Below, one piece after another: positions 8,096 through 17,165 of a DNA stretch of 26,741 nt. The stretch's first letter is position 1, and the number at the start of each line of letters is the position of its first letter. Under the pieces are notes generated by a model. The model did not search any database and had not been told where the DNA came from. It was given only the letters and a program-made list of their open reading frames with translations. The stretch covers positions 1-26,741 of the IMG/VR virus record IMGVR_UViG_3300006752_003262. One strand, given 5' to 3'. Origin of the DNA: a virus. Its lineage: Duplodnaviria > Caudoviricetes. The position numbers and the translations under genes are program-made.

Positions 8096-8540
8096 ACCGC
8101 TTCGGCGCACTCCCCTCAAGCGGGGAGACAGTCAGTTGAAGCGCTCTCCTTTGAATAACCGTTCAAAGAAAATGAGCGATAAGTATGTGGAGCGTCGGTC
8201 ACTAGTTAAAGAGTTATTGAGCGATCAACCTTACTGCGAAGCGTGTTTAATCTTTGCAGTAAAGGACGGTAAGCCGGGGGTGATTGGAGTCAATCACTCT
8301 ATGGACATCCACGAGTTAGTTAATCGTTCTCAAGGTGGAAGCATTCTACAGCGCATCAACCTACTAGCAGTGTGTCGGCCTTGTCATACTAGAATAACAG
8401 TTAACCCCAAAGAGGCTGAGCTACTTGGCCTACATTTAGAAAGCTGGTGCAATACTGATCAGCACTTTCATGAAGCGAAAAGAGTGAGAAATGAATGGAA
8501 AAACGGAACTGCTGCAAAACCTTATTGGTTCAGCAACTGA
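8082..8540 (+). CDS. HNH endonuclease-family protein
   Basis: Basic N-terminus, CEAC, DIHE...RSQGG, NLLAVCRPCH. Confidence 0.85.
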   Translation: MKRGKPLRRTPLKRGDSQLKRSPLNNRSKKMSDKYVERRSLVKELLSDQPYCEACLIFAVKDGKPGVIGVNHSMDIHELVNRSQGGSILQRINLLAVCRPCHTRITVNPKEAELLGLHLESWCNTDQHFHEAKRVRNEWKNGTAAKPYWFSN

Positions 8541-9390
8541 AGCACATCCAGACTTATTAAATGATATTAACTTATTGTCAGGCGGCTTTGCTGACAAGGA
8601 CTTACCTTGGCTTGATAGAGAAAGCGTTGGCGACTCACTTTTAAGTCAGGTAGCGGAGACTTGGCGTACTGATGGAGTTTTGGTGTTGGAGTCGTTCATG
8701 CCTAATGATATTATCGACACGTACAAAGAGGCATGGGTTCAGCATAACCGTGTCAACTATGACAGGCCAATGGGCTATCCAGGGGAATGTGCATACTATC
8801 AAGTCCCTAGCCTAATGGAGTTGGCTACTTACAAGCCGCTTCACGACGTTCTGGAACAACTGATCGGTGATCCAATGGGGATTCATTTGAATCTTACCGG
8901 GTGGAAGTCTACCACCCGTAACTGGCATCAAGACGGATACCTGAACCCTGATTCTAACAACGATCATTATCTTGCGGTATGGGTTGCGTTGGATGACATT
9001 CATGAAGACTCTGGTCCTTTTGAGTTTGTTCGGGGCAGTCATGTGTTACCACGTATCACACAAGAGGGAGCTAAGCAGAGGATTCCGGTTAGTTTACGTG
9101 ACGATCCAGCGTGGCCGAGGTATTCGGAAGAGTTCCTTACTCCCATGTTTGAAGACATTCTGACTCGTGGCGGGCTAGAGAAAGAAAAGTTTATTGCCAG
9201 CAAGGGCGACGTTCTTATTTGGCACTCCCGCTTAATGCATCGTGGTACTGTACCCAACAATCCTGATCTTTGGCGAGAGGCTGTCATTTTGCATTATTCT
9301 GGGATTTCTCATCGACCAGATATGCCGGAGGCTGAACAGTATAACGACGGAGGCTGGTTCTTTCCAATTTATCAGGACATTGACTTTTAA
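8491..9390 (+). CDS. Phytanoyl-CoA dioxygenase (PhyH)-family 2OG-Fe(II) oxygenase
   Basis: WHQD, WVALDD..GP...GSH, GDVLIWH..LMHRG. Start codon uncertain. Confidence 0.88.
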   Translation: MNGKTELLQNLIGSATEAHPDLLNDINLLSGGFADKDLPWLDRESVGDSLLSQVAETWRTDGVLVLESFMPNDIIDTYKEAWVQHNRVNYDRPMGYPGECAYYQVPSLMELATYKPLHDVLEQLIGDPMGIHLNLTGWKSTTRNWHQDGYLNPDSNNDHYLAVWVALDDIHEDSGPFEFVRGSHVLPRITQEGAKQRIPVSLRDDPAWPRYSEEFLTPMFEDILTRGGLEKEKFIASKGDVLIWHSRLMHRGTVPNNPDLWREAVILHYSGISHRPDMPEAEQYNDGGWFFPIYQDIDF

Positions 9391-9770
9391 TGCCTGCGGA
9401 CTATGGTAAGAGCGCAAAGGCAAAAGCCACTAAGCTACATAGCCTGTATGTACGCACTAGGGACAACTTTACTTGTCGTTGGTGTGGTGTCACTAAGGAG
9501 AGTGGAAAGCAAATTCAGTGCGCTCATATTATTTCTCGTAGCATTTCTGCGACTAGGACTGATGAGAGAAACGCCTTGGCGCTGTGTGCCTCGTGCCACT
9601 GGGCGCAGTCGAAGAACCCACTTGTTTGGGCACGGTGGTTGGAAAACGAATTGGGGCGTAAGTTTTTAGACGAGTTACTTGAGCGAGGTGTTCCGGGTGT
9701 TAAGGTTGACTGGAATGATGAAGTTGACCGACTGAAAATCGCCCTTGACGCTTTGCCTGATAGTAAGTAG
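9390..9770 (+). CDS. NinG/Rap-like HNH nuclease
   Basis: SLYVRTRD, CRWCG, QCAHIISR, DERNA..LCASCH. Confidence 0.8.
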   Translation: MPADYGKSAKAKATKLHSLYVRTRDNFTCRWCGVTKESGKQIQCAHIISRSISATRTDERNALALCASCHWAQSKNPLVWARWLENELGRKFLDELLERGVPGVKVDWNDEVDRLKIALDALPDSK

Positions 9771-9773
9771 ACT
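9745..9773 (+). promoter_or_regulatory. Promoter TTGACG-N17-TAGACT, leaderless start at 9780
   Basis: The -10 begins with the upstream stop codon; 6 nt to ATG. Confidence 0.7.
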
Positions 9774-9779
9774 ACCCTT

Positions 9780-10130
9780 ATGAACACTGTACGCAACAAG
9801 CCAATTACCCCTGTAGAGGTTGAGAGCGAGTTACTGCGCCTTACAAGTGAGATTGAGCATGAGACAGAAGCGTTTGAAGTTCTGGCGAAAGACCACGCCC
9901 AGAAAGAGGCTGCATACAAGAAGCAATGGTTTAAAGAATACCTTGCGTCGGAAGGGGCTGTTAAGCAGAAAGAGAGTTGGGCAGGGTACAAGACCAGCGA
10001 GTTATATTATGATGCAATGGTCGCTGAAGCGCTCGTTAAGGCTAAACGAGAAAAGTTACATTCCTTACGCACGGCGTGTGACTCTCTACGCACGATTGCG
10101 GCAAATGTTCGATCACAGTCAAAGTTTTAA
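9780..10130 (+). CDS. Hypothetical coiled-coil protein
   Basis: All-helical character; leaderless promoter. Confidence 0.8.
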   Translation: MNTVRNKPITPVEVESELLRLTSEIEHETEAFEVLAKDHAQKEAAYKKQWFKEYLASEGAVKQKESWAGYKTSELYYDAMVAEALVKAKREKLHSLRTACDSLRTIAANVRSQSKF

Positions 10131-10132
10131 TT

Positions 10133-10747
10133 ATGTCTACCGAGTATTACAGAGGCGACCCCAAATACAAAGACACTGTTGAGTTTCAAGTATTTCAAGA
10201 CAAGATGAACGCTGGAGAACCTAAGAAGATTCTTGAGGTTGGCGTAGCAAGGTCAAACCCCAACGTATGCACGCACCACGAAGCGTTGTTTACTAACGTT
10301 AAGTCTTACGTAAAGACGGACTTTCAAGACGACGGTATTGATGTAGATATTGTTAGTGACATACATCGCCTGGAAGATACTTTTGATACAAGCTCGTTTG
10401 ATGGGGTATTAGCAAGGTCTGTCTACGAGCATGTAGAAAAGCCTTGGGTAGCTTCTGCTTCTATCAATAAAGTTCTCAAGCTTGGCGGTCTGGCACATAT
10501 TGACACGCATCTTACGTTCCCGATACATGGTTACCCTAATGACTACTTTAGGTTTACTACCGATGGCCTAGTGTCGTTATTTGATGATAGTTTCGGCTTC
10601 AAGGTTATGGCGTGTGACCACTACTGGCCCGTTTCTCTAGTTTTCTCAGGAAATCAACAGGGCCTTCCGGTATGGGACGAGTATGCAGCGGCTCATCGAA
10701 ACTTTTTACACGTTAGTATTGTTGCTAAAAAGATTAAGGATGTATAA
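10133..10747 (+). CDS. Class I SAM-dependent methyltransferase
   Basis: ILEVG, FDGV...VYEHV..PW, VLK.GG, HGYPNDYFRFT. Confidence 0.85.
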   Translation: MSTEYYRGDPKYKDTVEFQVFQDKMNAGEPKKILEVGVARSNPNVCTHHEALFTNVKSYVKTDFQDDGIDVDIVSDIHRLEDTFDTSSFDGVLARSVYEHVEKPWVASASINKVLKLGGLAHIDTHLTFPIHGYPNDYFRFTTDGLVSLFDDSFGFKVMACDHYWPVSLVFSGNQQGLPVWDEYAAAHRNFLHVSIVAKKIKDV

Positions 10748-11542
10748 ATGATTCACAATATTACTGAGAACATTCAGGGGCTTGCTGTAGACATCGACTT
10801 ACTTATTCCCTTGGAAAACAATGCAAGACGAGGAGACGTAGACGCAATTATGGCGTCGTATTCTAAGTTCGGGCAGGTGAAGCCTATTGTCGCTGTTACG
10901 GGCGATAACGGTGAACTTACGGTGATTGCGGGCAACCACCAACTAGAGGCAGCAAAGCGATTGGGCTGGCAACAGATTGCGGTGTCTGTTGTTGATATGT
11001 CAACAACAGATGCGTTGGCGTTTGCTCTGGCAGACAACCGGATTTCAGAGTTGGGTGTAACCGACAACGACTTACTCTACGAAATGCTAACAGATGCCAT
11101 CGGTGATCATGAAGACTTTTTTGAAGTTCTAGGATGGGACGACTTTTCAGTTGCTGCTATTGAAAACAGTGTAATTGCTGATCAGCTTGGAGAAGTGATT
11201 GATCCGAATGGGGGTTGGACTCCGCCCGAGATTGTTATTAATGATATTACTTCCACAGAACCAGTTCAGACTCCGACGAGTGTTGACCGTCCTGCATCCG
11301 ACCCGACTACGTTAACCCCAACTGCATCGACAGAGAGTATTGTCACACAGGGCAGCACTGTTACAGGTAGTTCAGGGACAAAGAACGCTGCTATTCAGTT
11401 CACTCTCGTGTTTGAGAATGCTGATCAGCAGTCAAAGTGGTATTCCTTTTTACGGTGGTTAAAGGATCAGCCTGCTTACGACGGTGACACCACTTCAGAG
11501 CGTCTTCTGGACTTTATTGCTCAACACTCTCCACGAGGCTGA
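10748..11542 (+). CDS. ParB/Srx N-terminal domain protein with Thr/Pro-rich linker
   Basis: NAR, FGQVKPIV, IAGNHQLEAA, LADNR. Confidence 0.88.
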   Translation: MIHNITENIQGLAVDIDLLIPLENNARRGDVDAIMASYSKFGQVKPIVAVTGDNGELTVIAGNHQLEAAKRLGWQQIAVSVVDMSTTDALAFALADNRISELGVTDNDLLYEMLTDAIGDHEDFFEVLGWDDFSVAAIENSVIADQLGEVIDPNGGWTPPEIVINDITSTEPVQTPTSVDRPASDPTTLTPTASTESIVTQGSTVTGSSGTKNAAIQFTLVFENADQQSKWYSFLRWLKDQPAYDGDTTSERLLDFIAQHSPRG

Positions 11543-11543
11543 C

Positions 11544-12716
11544 ATGGCACGGCGTCGAATGTTTCTAGACATAAATTGTGTTGAGGCTGCGAGAGAGCGG
11601 ATGCGCCATGTCTATGACACGTTTGATACAGTCTGTGTTCAGTTCAGTGGTGGCAAGGATTCTACTGCATGTTTGTATCTTGCAAAAGAGATTCATGAAG
11701 AACGTGGGCTTGGGCCAGTTAAAGTAATCTTCCGGGATGAAGAAATGCTTTCTCCTGCGGTAGAGGACTATGTAAAGCGTGTCAGCAACTACGACTGGGT
11801 TGACATGGAGTGGTACTGTTTGCCTCAAGGTCAAGAGTTGTGGGTGCTGGGGCGCAGACAATATGTATTGTTGTGGTCAAAGAAGCGAGAGCGTAGTGGG
11901 CGCTTGTTCAGACCTTTTCCTGAAGGGTCACTTAGGGCAGAGCACTTTGGGTTAAACCCAGAGAAGGCAATTCCCCGTAAGATTGACGAGTATACCATGC
12001 ACGGTAAGAAAGGGCGAACGGCATTTATCACTGGAATCCGGGCTAATGAGTCTATGATCCGTTACCGGACAGTGACACAGAAGTTGAATGAAAACTATAT
12101 CAACCGACCTTTCAAACTTTCCAAGGCCATCCCAATGCGGTTCGCTAAGGTAATCTATGACTGGACATCTGACGATGTTCTTAAGTTCATCCACGAAGAG
12201 CATGACGGGGAGTACTGCGACTATTACGATTACGCAGCGATGAGTGGGGCTAATCAGCGGGTGGGTATCCCTCTTCATTCAGTGGCTGCTCGCCGTCTGT
12301 CGGATGTTTTGCGCACTGAACCTGACTTCTATGATGAACTGTATAGATGCTTCCCTAGTATTGAGGCACAGCGTCAGTTGTGGGCAGAGTACGATATTGA
12401 GGCGGCTATTGACTTTTACGCTGCCGAAGGATGGAAGGGCGTCAAGCACTGCGTTGATGATAATGTGCTAACACCAGGTCTTCATAGGGCTGCATTGGTG
12501 TATGCCAACAACTTCAAGAAGAAGCACGCCACAGATTCATACGGGTATCCAGTAGATCATTTGATTAGAACTTTGCTTTTAAACTCTTTCATGGGTTCCC
12601 CTAGCCCGGTTGGCCCTAAAACAAAGGCGCACAATAAACGTGTTGCGCTATTAGACGAAGAGACTCAGCAGTTAATGGATGCGGACAGTCTTGACATTCA
12701 AGACGACACTCGGTAG
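11544..12716 (+). CDS. PAPS-reductase-family (PP-loop) protein, IbrA-like
   Basis: AARERM, FSGGKDS, FRDEE, W.CLP, GIRANES..R, IYDW...DV; ATG 11544 follows the upstream stop. Confidence 0.88.
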   Translation: MARRRMFLDINCVEAARERMRHVYDTFDTVCVQFSGGKDSTACLYLAKEIHEERGLGPVKVIFRDEEMLSPAVEDYVKRVSNYDWVDMEWYCLPQGQELWVLGRRQYVLLWSKKRERSGRLFRPFPEGSLRAEHFGLNPEKAIPRKIDEYTMHGKKGRTAFITGIRANESMIRYRTVTQKLNENYINRPFKLSKAIPMRFAKVIYDWTSDDVLKFIHEEHDGEYCDYYDYAAMSGANQRVGIPLHSVAARRLSDVLRTEPDFYDELYRCFPSIEAQRQLWAEYDIEAAIDFYAAEGWKGVKHCVDDNVLTPGLHRAALVYANNFKKKHATDSYGYPVDHLIRTLLLNSFMGSPSPVGPKTKAHNKRVALLDEETQQLMDADSLDIQDDTR

Positions 12717-12719
12717 AGT
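12691..12719 (+). promoter_or_regulatory. Promoter TTGACA-N17-TAGAGT, near-leaderless start at 12727
   Basis: Consensus -35; the -10 starts with the upstream TAG stop; palindrome tcttga-cat-tcaaga covers the -35. Confidence 0.65.
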
Positions 12720-12726
12720 AACGGTA

Positions 12727-13248
12727 ATGGATTATTGTAAAACCTCTGAGTTAACCCCTGCGAAGTGGTCGTCTGCGTGTTACATTGTTGCACCCGACTA
12801 CAAGCGGCTATTATCGTCTATAGACACATACGGTATTCTCAGTCCAATTGTAATTCAGAAGAATGGTACAATCATTGACGGGTACCATCGCTGGATTATT
12901 GCAAACGAGTTGAAGATTAAAAAGGTTCCTGTTGCTGTAGTGAAGTGTGACGACGTGGAAGCTGTACTGCTACACATTGACATGAACAGATACCGTGGGA
13001 TTGTGATTGCCAAATATTTGTCTAGGTTGATGCAGCGTGTTATGCAGTCACAGCGCTATACCGAAGAAGAATTACGCACAAAGTTAGGCATGACCTACGA
13101 CGAGTTTGATGTGTTGCTGGATGGGACACTGATCAAGATGCGTAAAATTAAACAGCACACGTATTCCCCTGCGTGGGTTCCTATTGAATCCAAAAACGGT
13201 GAAGACCTTCACATCGAACGGCCCACGGGTCATTCCGAGCAAGCTTAG
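12727..13248 (+). CDS. ParB-like protein, IbrB-like
   Basis: SI..YG..SPIV, IIDGYHRW, NRYRG, C-terminal HTH-like LGMT..E and YSPAW. Confidence 0.85.
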   Translation: MDYCKTSELTPAKWSSACYIVAPDYKRLLSSIDTYGILSPIVIQKNGTIIDGYHRWIIANELKIKKVPVAVVKCDDVEAVLLHIDMNRYRGIVIAKYLSRLMQRVMQSQRYTEEELRTKLGMTYDEFDVLLDGTLIKMRKIKQHTYSPAWVPIESKNGEDLHIERPTGHSEQA

Positions 13249-13257
13249 GAGACTAAC

Positions 13258-13584
13258 ATGGAAATGAATGCATATCAAGCGGCAGCACGGGAAACAGCAG
13301 TATTCCCCCCGGATCAGGGTATTGTGTATACTGCTTTGGGTCTAGCTAGCGAAGCGGGCGAAGTGGCAGACAAAGTTAAAAAGGCAATCCGAGATAAGGA
13401 TAGTGTTTTTTCGGAAGAGGTTCAGAATAGCATCATGAAAGAACTGGGTGATGTGCTGTGGTACGTTTCTGGTCTTGCTTGGGAGCTTGGGTATACTCTG
13501 GATCAGGTAGCAGACGCTAATATCGCAAAGTTGTCCAGCAGATATGACCGGGGTAAGATTGGTGGATCGGGAGATGACCGATAA
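13258..13584 (+). CDS. MazG-like nucleotide pyrophosphohydrolase
   Basis: YQ..A..TA, LGLASEAGEVADKVKK, ELGDVLWY, N..KL..R. Confidence 0.92.
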   Translation: MEMNAYQAAARETAVFPPDQGIVYTALGLASEAGEVADKVKKAIRDKDSVFSEEVQNSIMKELGDVLWYVSGLAWELGYTLDQVADANIAKLSSRYDRGKIGGSGDDR

Positions 13585-14533
13585 GGCATGGTCCACCCTT
13601 GTAACTGGTAGGGCAGCGGACGACGGTACATACGAAGTTGATGATATTTTACGGAAGGGGCTAGCCGACTACTTAGTAGTTACTAACCCTATTTTCGTAT
13701 ATGACCGCTTTCAGGACGCTTATGTACAGATTCCCAATCGCTTTGCTACTGGACGTGAAGTAGCGTGTGGCGCAACCTGTCGTTTAGACAGTTGGGAAGT
13801 TGTCAAAGATCGTTACGAGGTTGAGCAAAACCGTAAGATTTTGTCTCGGGCTATTTCTTTAGTCAACAAGTATGGTGATGCTGCTAAGTTAATGGGCTGC
13901 GGTGTGTTAGACGACGGCCGTAAGTTTTTTGCGGTGGTTCACACGGGGTCACTCTCTATTACCACAGCTAACAATGATACAGACGTAGTTGATTCATACG
14001 TGATCGTCATGTCATCACATGATGGTAGCATCCCAATCTGCTACTACAATCTTGACACTCGGCGCAACACTCACATTGTCTACAGATTTAACGCCTCTAA
14101 AGAGTACGAGTTCAGTGTCCGTAAGCGCCATACGCCCAGTGAGGCTGACTTAGATGGCGAAGCTAGAGAGGTATTGAATATGCGTGCTTCGTGGTCGCAG
14201 CATGTTGTGAACAATATAAGTCATATGTCTGTTCCGGTTTCGCAGACTTATATTGAAAGCGCACTGGAAACTGTGTGGCCTCTTAAGACTGCAAACACAG
14301 AGAAGAAGCGGGAACACATTGAGTCAGTTCACAGTAGGGTTAAAACGCTTTATTCGTCTTCGCACAACAGTGGTTCTTATGGGCCTAGTAAGTGGGCTTT
14401 ATTTAACGCCATGACTGAGTATATTGATTTCCATAGAAACATCCCTGATAGGGAGGCGGCGCAGCACGCTTTAGAGATTGATAACTTTAGCCATCGACTA
14501 AAACTGGAGGTGCATAAGTGCTTGAGTTCATAA
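13574..14533 (+). CDS. DUF932-like (LGT_TIGR03299-type) phage protein
   Basis: RYEVEQN, G.L.DGRKFF, SHDGS, RHT, W.LFNAMTEY.D. Confidence 0.75.
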   Translation: MTDKAWSTLVTGRAADDGTYEVDDILRKGLADYLVVTNPIFVYDRFQDAYVQIPNRFATGREVACGATCRLDSWEVVKDRYEVEQNRKILSRAISLVNKYGDAAKLMGCGVLDDGRKFFAVVHTGSLSITTANNDTDVVDSYVIVMSSHDGSIPICYYNLDTRRNTHIVYRFNASKEYEFSVRKRHTPSEADLDGEAREVLNMRASWSQHVVNNISHMSVPVSQTYIESALETVWPLKTANTEKKREHIESVHSRVKTLYSSSHNSGSYGPSKWALFNAMTEYIDFHRNIPDREAAQHALEIDNFSHRLKLEVHKCLSS

Positions 14534-15081
14534 GTGACGACTTTGCTCTTATACACAATTTCTCACCAGACTGCGAAAGCCTTTTACATATGGTTGAGAA
14601 TCCTCGTGACGGTGAGATTATGGAGATGCCTGATCGGTGCTACAATTTCTTTACTCGGCATCTTATCAATGGTGGCAATCCTGACAGTCTGGAAGATCAG
14701 ATCATCTTGACTTATTCGCAGTCTATAGCTGATGCGTTAAAAGAGGCGTTTGACTTTGATGCTGTGGTGAATAGTTCGCTACCTGCTGTGATCTATCCCG
14801 AGGGGTGCGATATGGGTTTACACGATGACTTGTATCATAACTCGGATGATCCTGAAAAGCGGGAAAACGTTCATGTCTTTAGTTCGGTCCATTACTTGAA
14901 CAGCGGCTACGACGGGGGCGAGTTAGTTTTCCCAGAGATGGATATTGCCATCACCCCTGAGCAAAACCTATTGTTATTGTTTGCATGTCGCTACAAGCAC
15001 AGGGGCAACCCGGCAACAAACGGCATTAAAATGTCGTCCACTAAATTTTGGAGAGATAAAAATGCAGAATCAGCAGTTTAG
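14518..15081 (+). CDS. 2OG-Fe(II) oxygenase (prolyl-hydroxylase-like)
   Basis: HDD, YLNSGYDGGELVF, distal His (KHRG); GTG start after ggagg. Confidence 0.85.
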   Translation: MLEFISDDFALIHNFSPDCESLLHMVENPRDGEIMEMPDRCYNFFTRHLINGGNPDSLEDQIILTYSQSIADALKEAFDFDAVVNSSLPAVIYPEGCDMGLHDDLYHNSDDPEKRENVHVFSSVHYLNSGYDGGELVFPEMDIAITPEQNLLLLFACRYKHRGNPATNGIKMSSTKFWRDKNAESAV

Positions 15082-15652
15082 TCCTAGCGAGCAAGAAAAC
15101 TTTGTTATTGCAATGACCCAACTAAAGAAGGGTGGGCATTATGTCGAACTAGGTGCTTTCAATTCCCACGAGGGTAGTAACACCCGTATTCTTGAAGAGG
15201 ATTTCAATTGGAACGGTGTGTCGTTTGAAATTGACCCTGAACGTAAGGAGCAGTTTACTTCCAATAGAAAGAACCCTTGTTTTGGTGATGCGTTGAGCTT
15301 TGACTATACAGAGTATTTCAAGTCACAGGAGTGGCCTAAGCAGATTGACTTTCTGCAAGTTGATATCGACAACGGGTATGATCAAGCTATGCGACCTGAG
15401 GGAAGTCCGTACACTTCTCTGCTTGGGCTAATTTCTTTACCTCTTACTGTTTATCGGTTTTCGGTTATCACGTTTGAGCATGATGCTAACATGTACTTTC
15501 GGAACCAATCTATTCGTGATGCACAGCGAGAGATTCTAGACGCCTTAGGCTACACATTAGTTGTTAGGACTATACACGAAGACTGGTGGGTTGATCCTAC
15601 TGTTATTCAGCCAGATATCTACAGGCAGCAGTTGAGGTGGGAAGTTCTCTAG
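15062..15652 (+). CDS. FkbM-family methyltransferase
   Basis: YVELGA...SNT..LE...W.G..E, IDFLQVDID, VITFEHD, EDWWV; ATG 15062 after ggaga. Confidence 0.8.
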   Translation: MQNQQFSPSEQENFVIAMTQLKKGGHYVELGAFNSHEGSNTRILEEDFNWNGVSFEIDPERKEQFTSNRKNPCFGDALSFDYTEYFKSQEWPKQIDFLQVDIDNGYDQAMRPEGSPYTSLLGLISLPLTVYRFSVITFEHDANMYFRNQSIRDAQREILDALGYTLVVRTIHEDWWVDPTVIQPDIYRQQLRWEVL

Positions 15653-16965
15653 ATGATGATTTCAATCTTGCGGCGAATGCCCATACCGAGTCCGGCGCAT
15701 AGGTTGAAGGCGTGGGTGGCGGCGTCAACTTGATCGTCGTGGACTCGTGCTTCGGGGAAGGACGACAGTTCATCAATGAAGTCTGTGGTCCAGTCGCCTC
15801 GTATTAGACGCACGTTACCGTTAGCTACAGCCGCCGCAAATGGCTTTGCTCTTGTTACTTTGTCGCCTGTGGCTCGTTGCCCTGAGAAGGTGTAGCCTGG
15901 CAGGACGTACCGAGCGTATTGGTCCACTAAGTTTTTACCTGCTGATCCTGGTTCTTGCTCCATCTGGATTGTTATCTCAGGCCCGTCCTCTTCAGCAGTT
16001 TCTTTAATAAACTTTTCAACTTTTTCACCTTTCGCACGAATGCGGCGTACATCTAGGATGTAAAAGACACCGTTATCAAATGCTCCGAGGCATCCAACTG
16101 TCCAGTCAGGATCAGGATTAGAGTTAGACGGTTCAGTTCCGGCTAAGTCCCAGAATCGCACCACAGTTGTGTCTTTACTCAAGTCTGGCATTTCGCTTGG
16201 TTCAATGACCTCAAAGCTACCACGGTCAAACATTGATCCGAGTGTGGTTGCCCACCAGTCACCAAACTCTAGGCGCTTTCGTTCGATGGGGTCTAGCTCT
16301 GCGAGCATGGTGCGGTAGGAGTCTGGGTCAATTCCGGGGTTATCAGTTAGCATTGAGGGAATAAAGATACGTCCCTTGGTTTTACCTTCAACTAGGAAAC
16401 GCTGACGGACCCAGTTAGGTGCAGGGTTAGTTGCACAGCGCATTCTGAGAGGGACTGAAGCTAGCGGACCACTTGCGGGGCGGCGTAAACGTGAGAACAT
16501 GTACCGGTAATCTGCTTCTCTGATTTCGGTAACCTCATCCATTCCGATGAACTGAAACTCTGAACCCTTGTATCGCAGATAGTCGTTGATGTTATTTAGG
16601 TAACCGAATGTTATTCGTGCCCCATTGGGAAACGTTGCAGTGTACGCATTTGCGTTCCAGTGTACATCATCAAACTGCATAATCCATTCTCTGAAACGGT
16701 CCATTAGAGCGCCAGGTAGGGCAAGGTCAGCGTATGTGCGCCTAAACAAGATAGCACTGTAGTTTGGGATGTCCACGTATTGTAGAGCGGCCATAATCAG
16801 TGCCGAGGATTTGCCCCCACCTGCGGCTCCACCAAACATTACTTCTTGTCCTTCTGACCGGAGAAAAACTTTTTGAGTTAGCGAGGGTTCTTCAACCCAG
16901 TATTCAGATCGCTTTGGTTCTAAATATGCTTTGATTTTTTCCCAGTCGGGAGTCTCTGTGGACAT
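15649..16965 (-). CDS. terL: Terminase large subunit
   Basis: Walker A GGAAGGGKS, Walker B FIGMDE, ATNP, nuclease WDLA and HDDQVDA; SD aggag precedes ATG 16965. Confidence 0.95.
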   Translation of the reverse strand: MSTETPDWEKIKAYLEPKRSEYWVEEPSLTQKVFLRSEGQEVMFGGAAGGGKSSALIMAALQYVDIPNYSAILFRRTYADLALPGALMDRFREWIMQFDDVHWNANAYTATFPNGARITFGYLNNINDYLRYKGSEFQFIGMDEVTEIREADYRYMFSRLRRPASGPLASVPLRMRCATNPAPNWVRQRFLVEGKTKGRIFIPSMLTDNPGIDPDSYRTMLAELDPIERKRLEFGDWWATTLGSMFDRGSFEVIEPSEMPDLSKDTTVVRFWDLAGTEPSNSNPDPDWTVGCLGAFDNGVFYILDVRRIRAKGEKVEKFIKETAEEDGPEITIQMEQEPGSAGKNLVDQYARYVLPGYTFSGQRATGDKVTRAKPFAAAVANGNVRLIRGDWTTDFIDELSSFPEARVHDDQVDAATHAFNLCAGLGMGIRRKIEIII

Positions 16966-16971
16966 ATCTGC

Positions 16972-17003
16972 TTGTCTCCTAGACAAATAAACGGTACAGT
17001 ATA
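16972..17003. promoter_or_regulatory. Overlapping divergent promoters for terL and the portal operon
   Basis: Plus strand: TTGTCT-N17-TACAGT-N6-ATG(17007). Minus strand: TATACT at 17003-16998 overlapping the same -10. Confidence 0.55.
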
Positions 17004-17006
17004 CCT

Positions 17007-17165
17007 ATGAAGAATCTTCTAAATCGTTCTGGCGCTGCTCATATCATGATGGGCGCTGGTATACTACTAATAGGCTTTGGTATTAGTATACTCAGTTTGG
17101 GGTGGGGTCTGGCAAGCGCTGGCTTTGCTTGTGGAATTTACGGCTATCTCTTAGGGGCTGAATAA
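17007..17165 (+). CDS. 52-aa two-TM membrane protein upstream of portal (not in ORF track)
   Basis: MKNLLNRSGAAHIMMGAGILLIGFGISILSLGWGLASAGFACGIYGYLLGAE; TAATG overlap with the portal start. Confidence 0.8.
   Translation: MKNLLNRSGAAHIMMGAGILLIGFGISILSLGWGLASAGFACGIYGYLLGAE

Noticed and set aside
9780-10130. UvsY-like recombination mediator call
   Set aside because: Only size and coiled-coil character fit; no motif I can verify without a profile search.
1911-16965. Inteins or introns in recA or terL
   Set aside because: Both are normal length with contiguous motifs.
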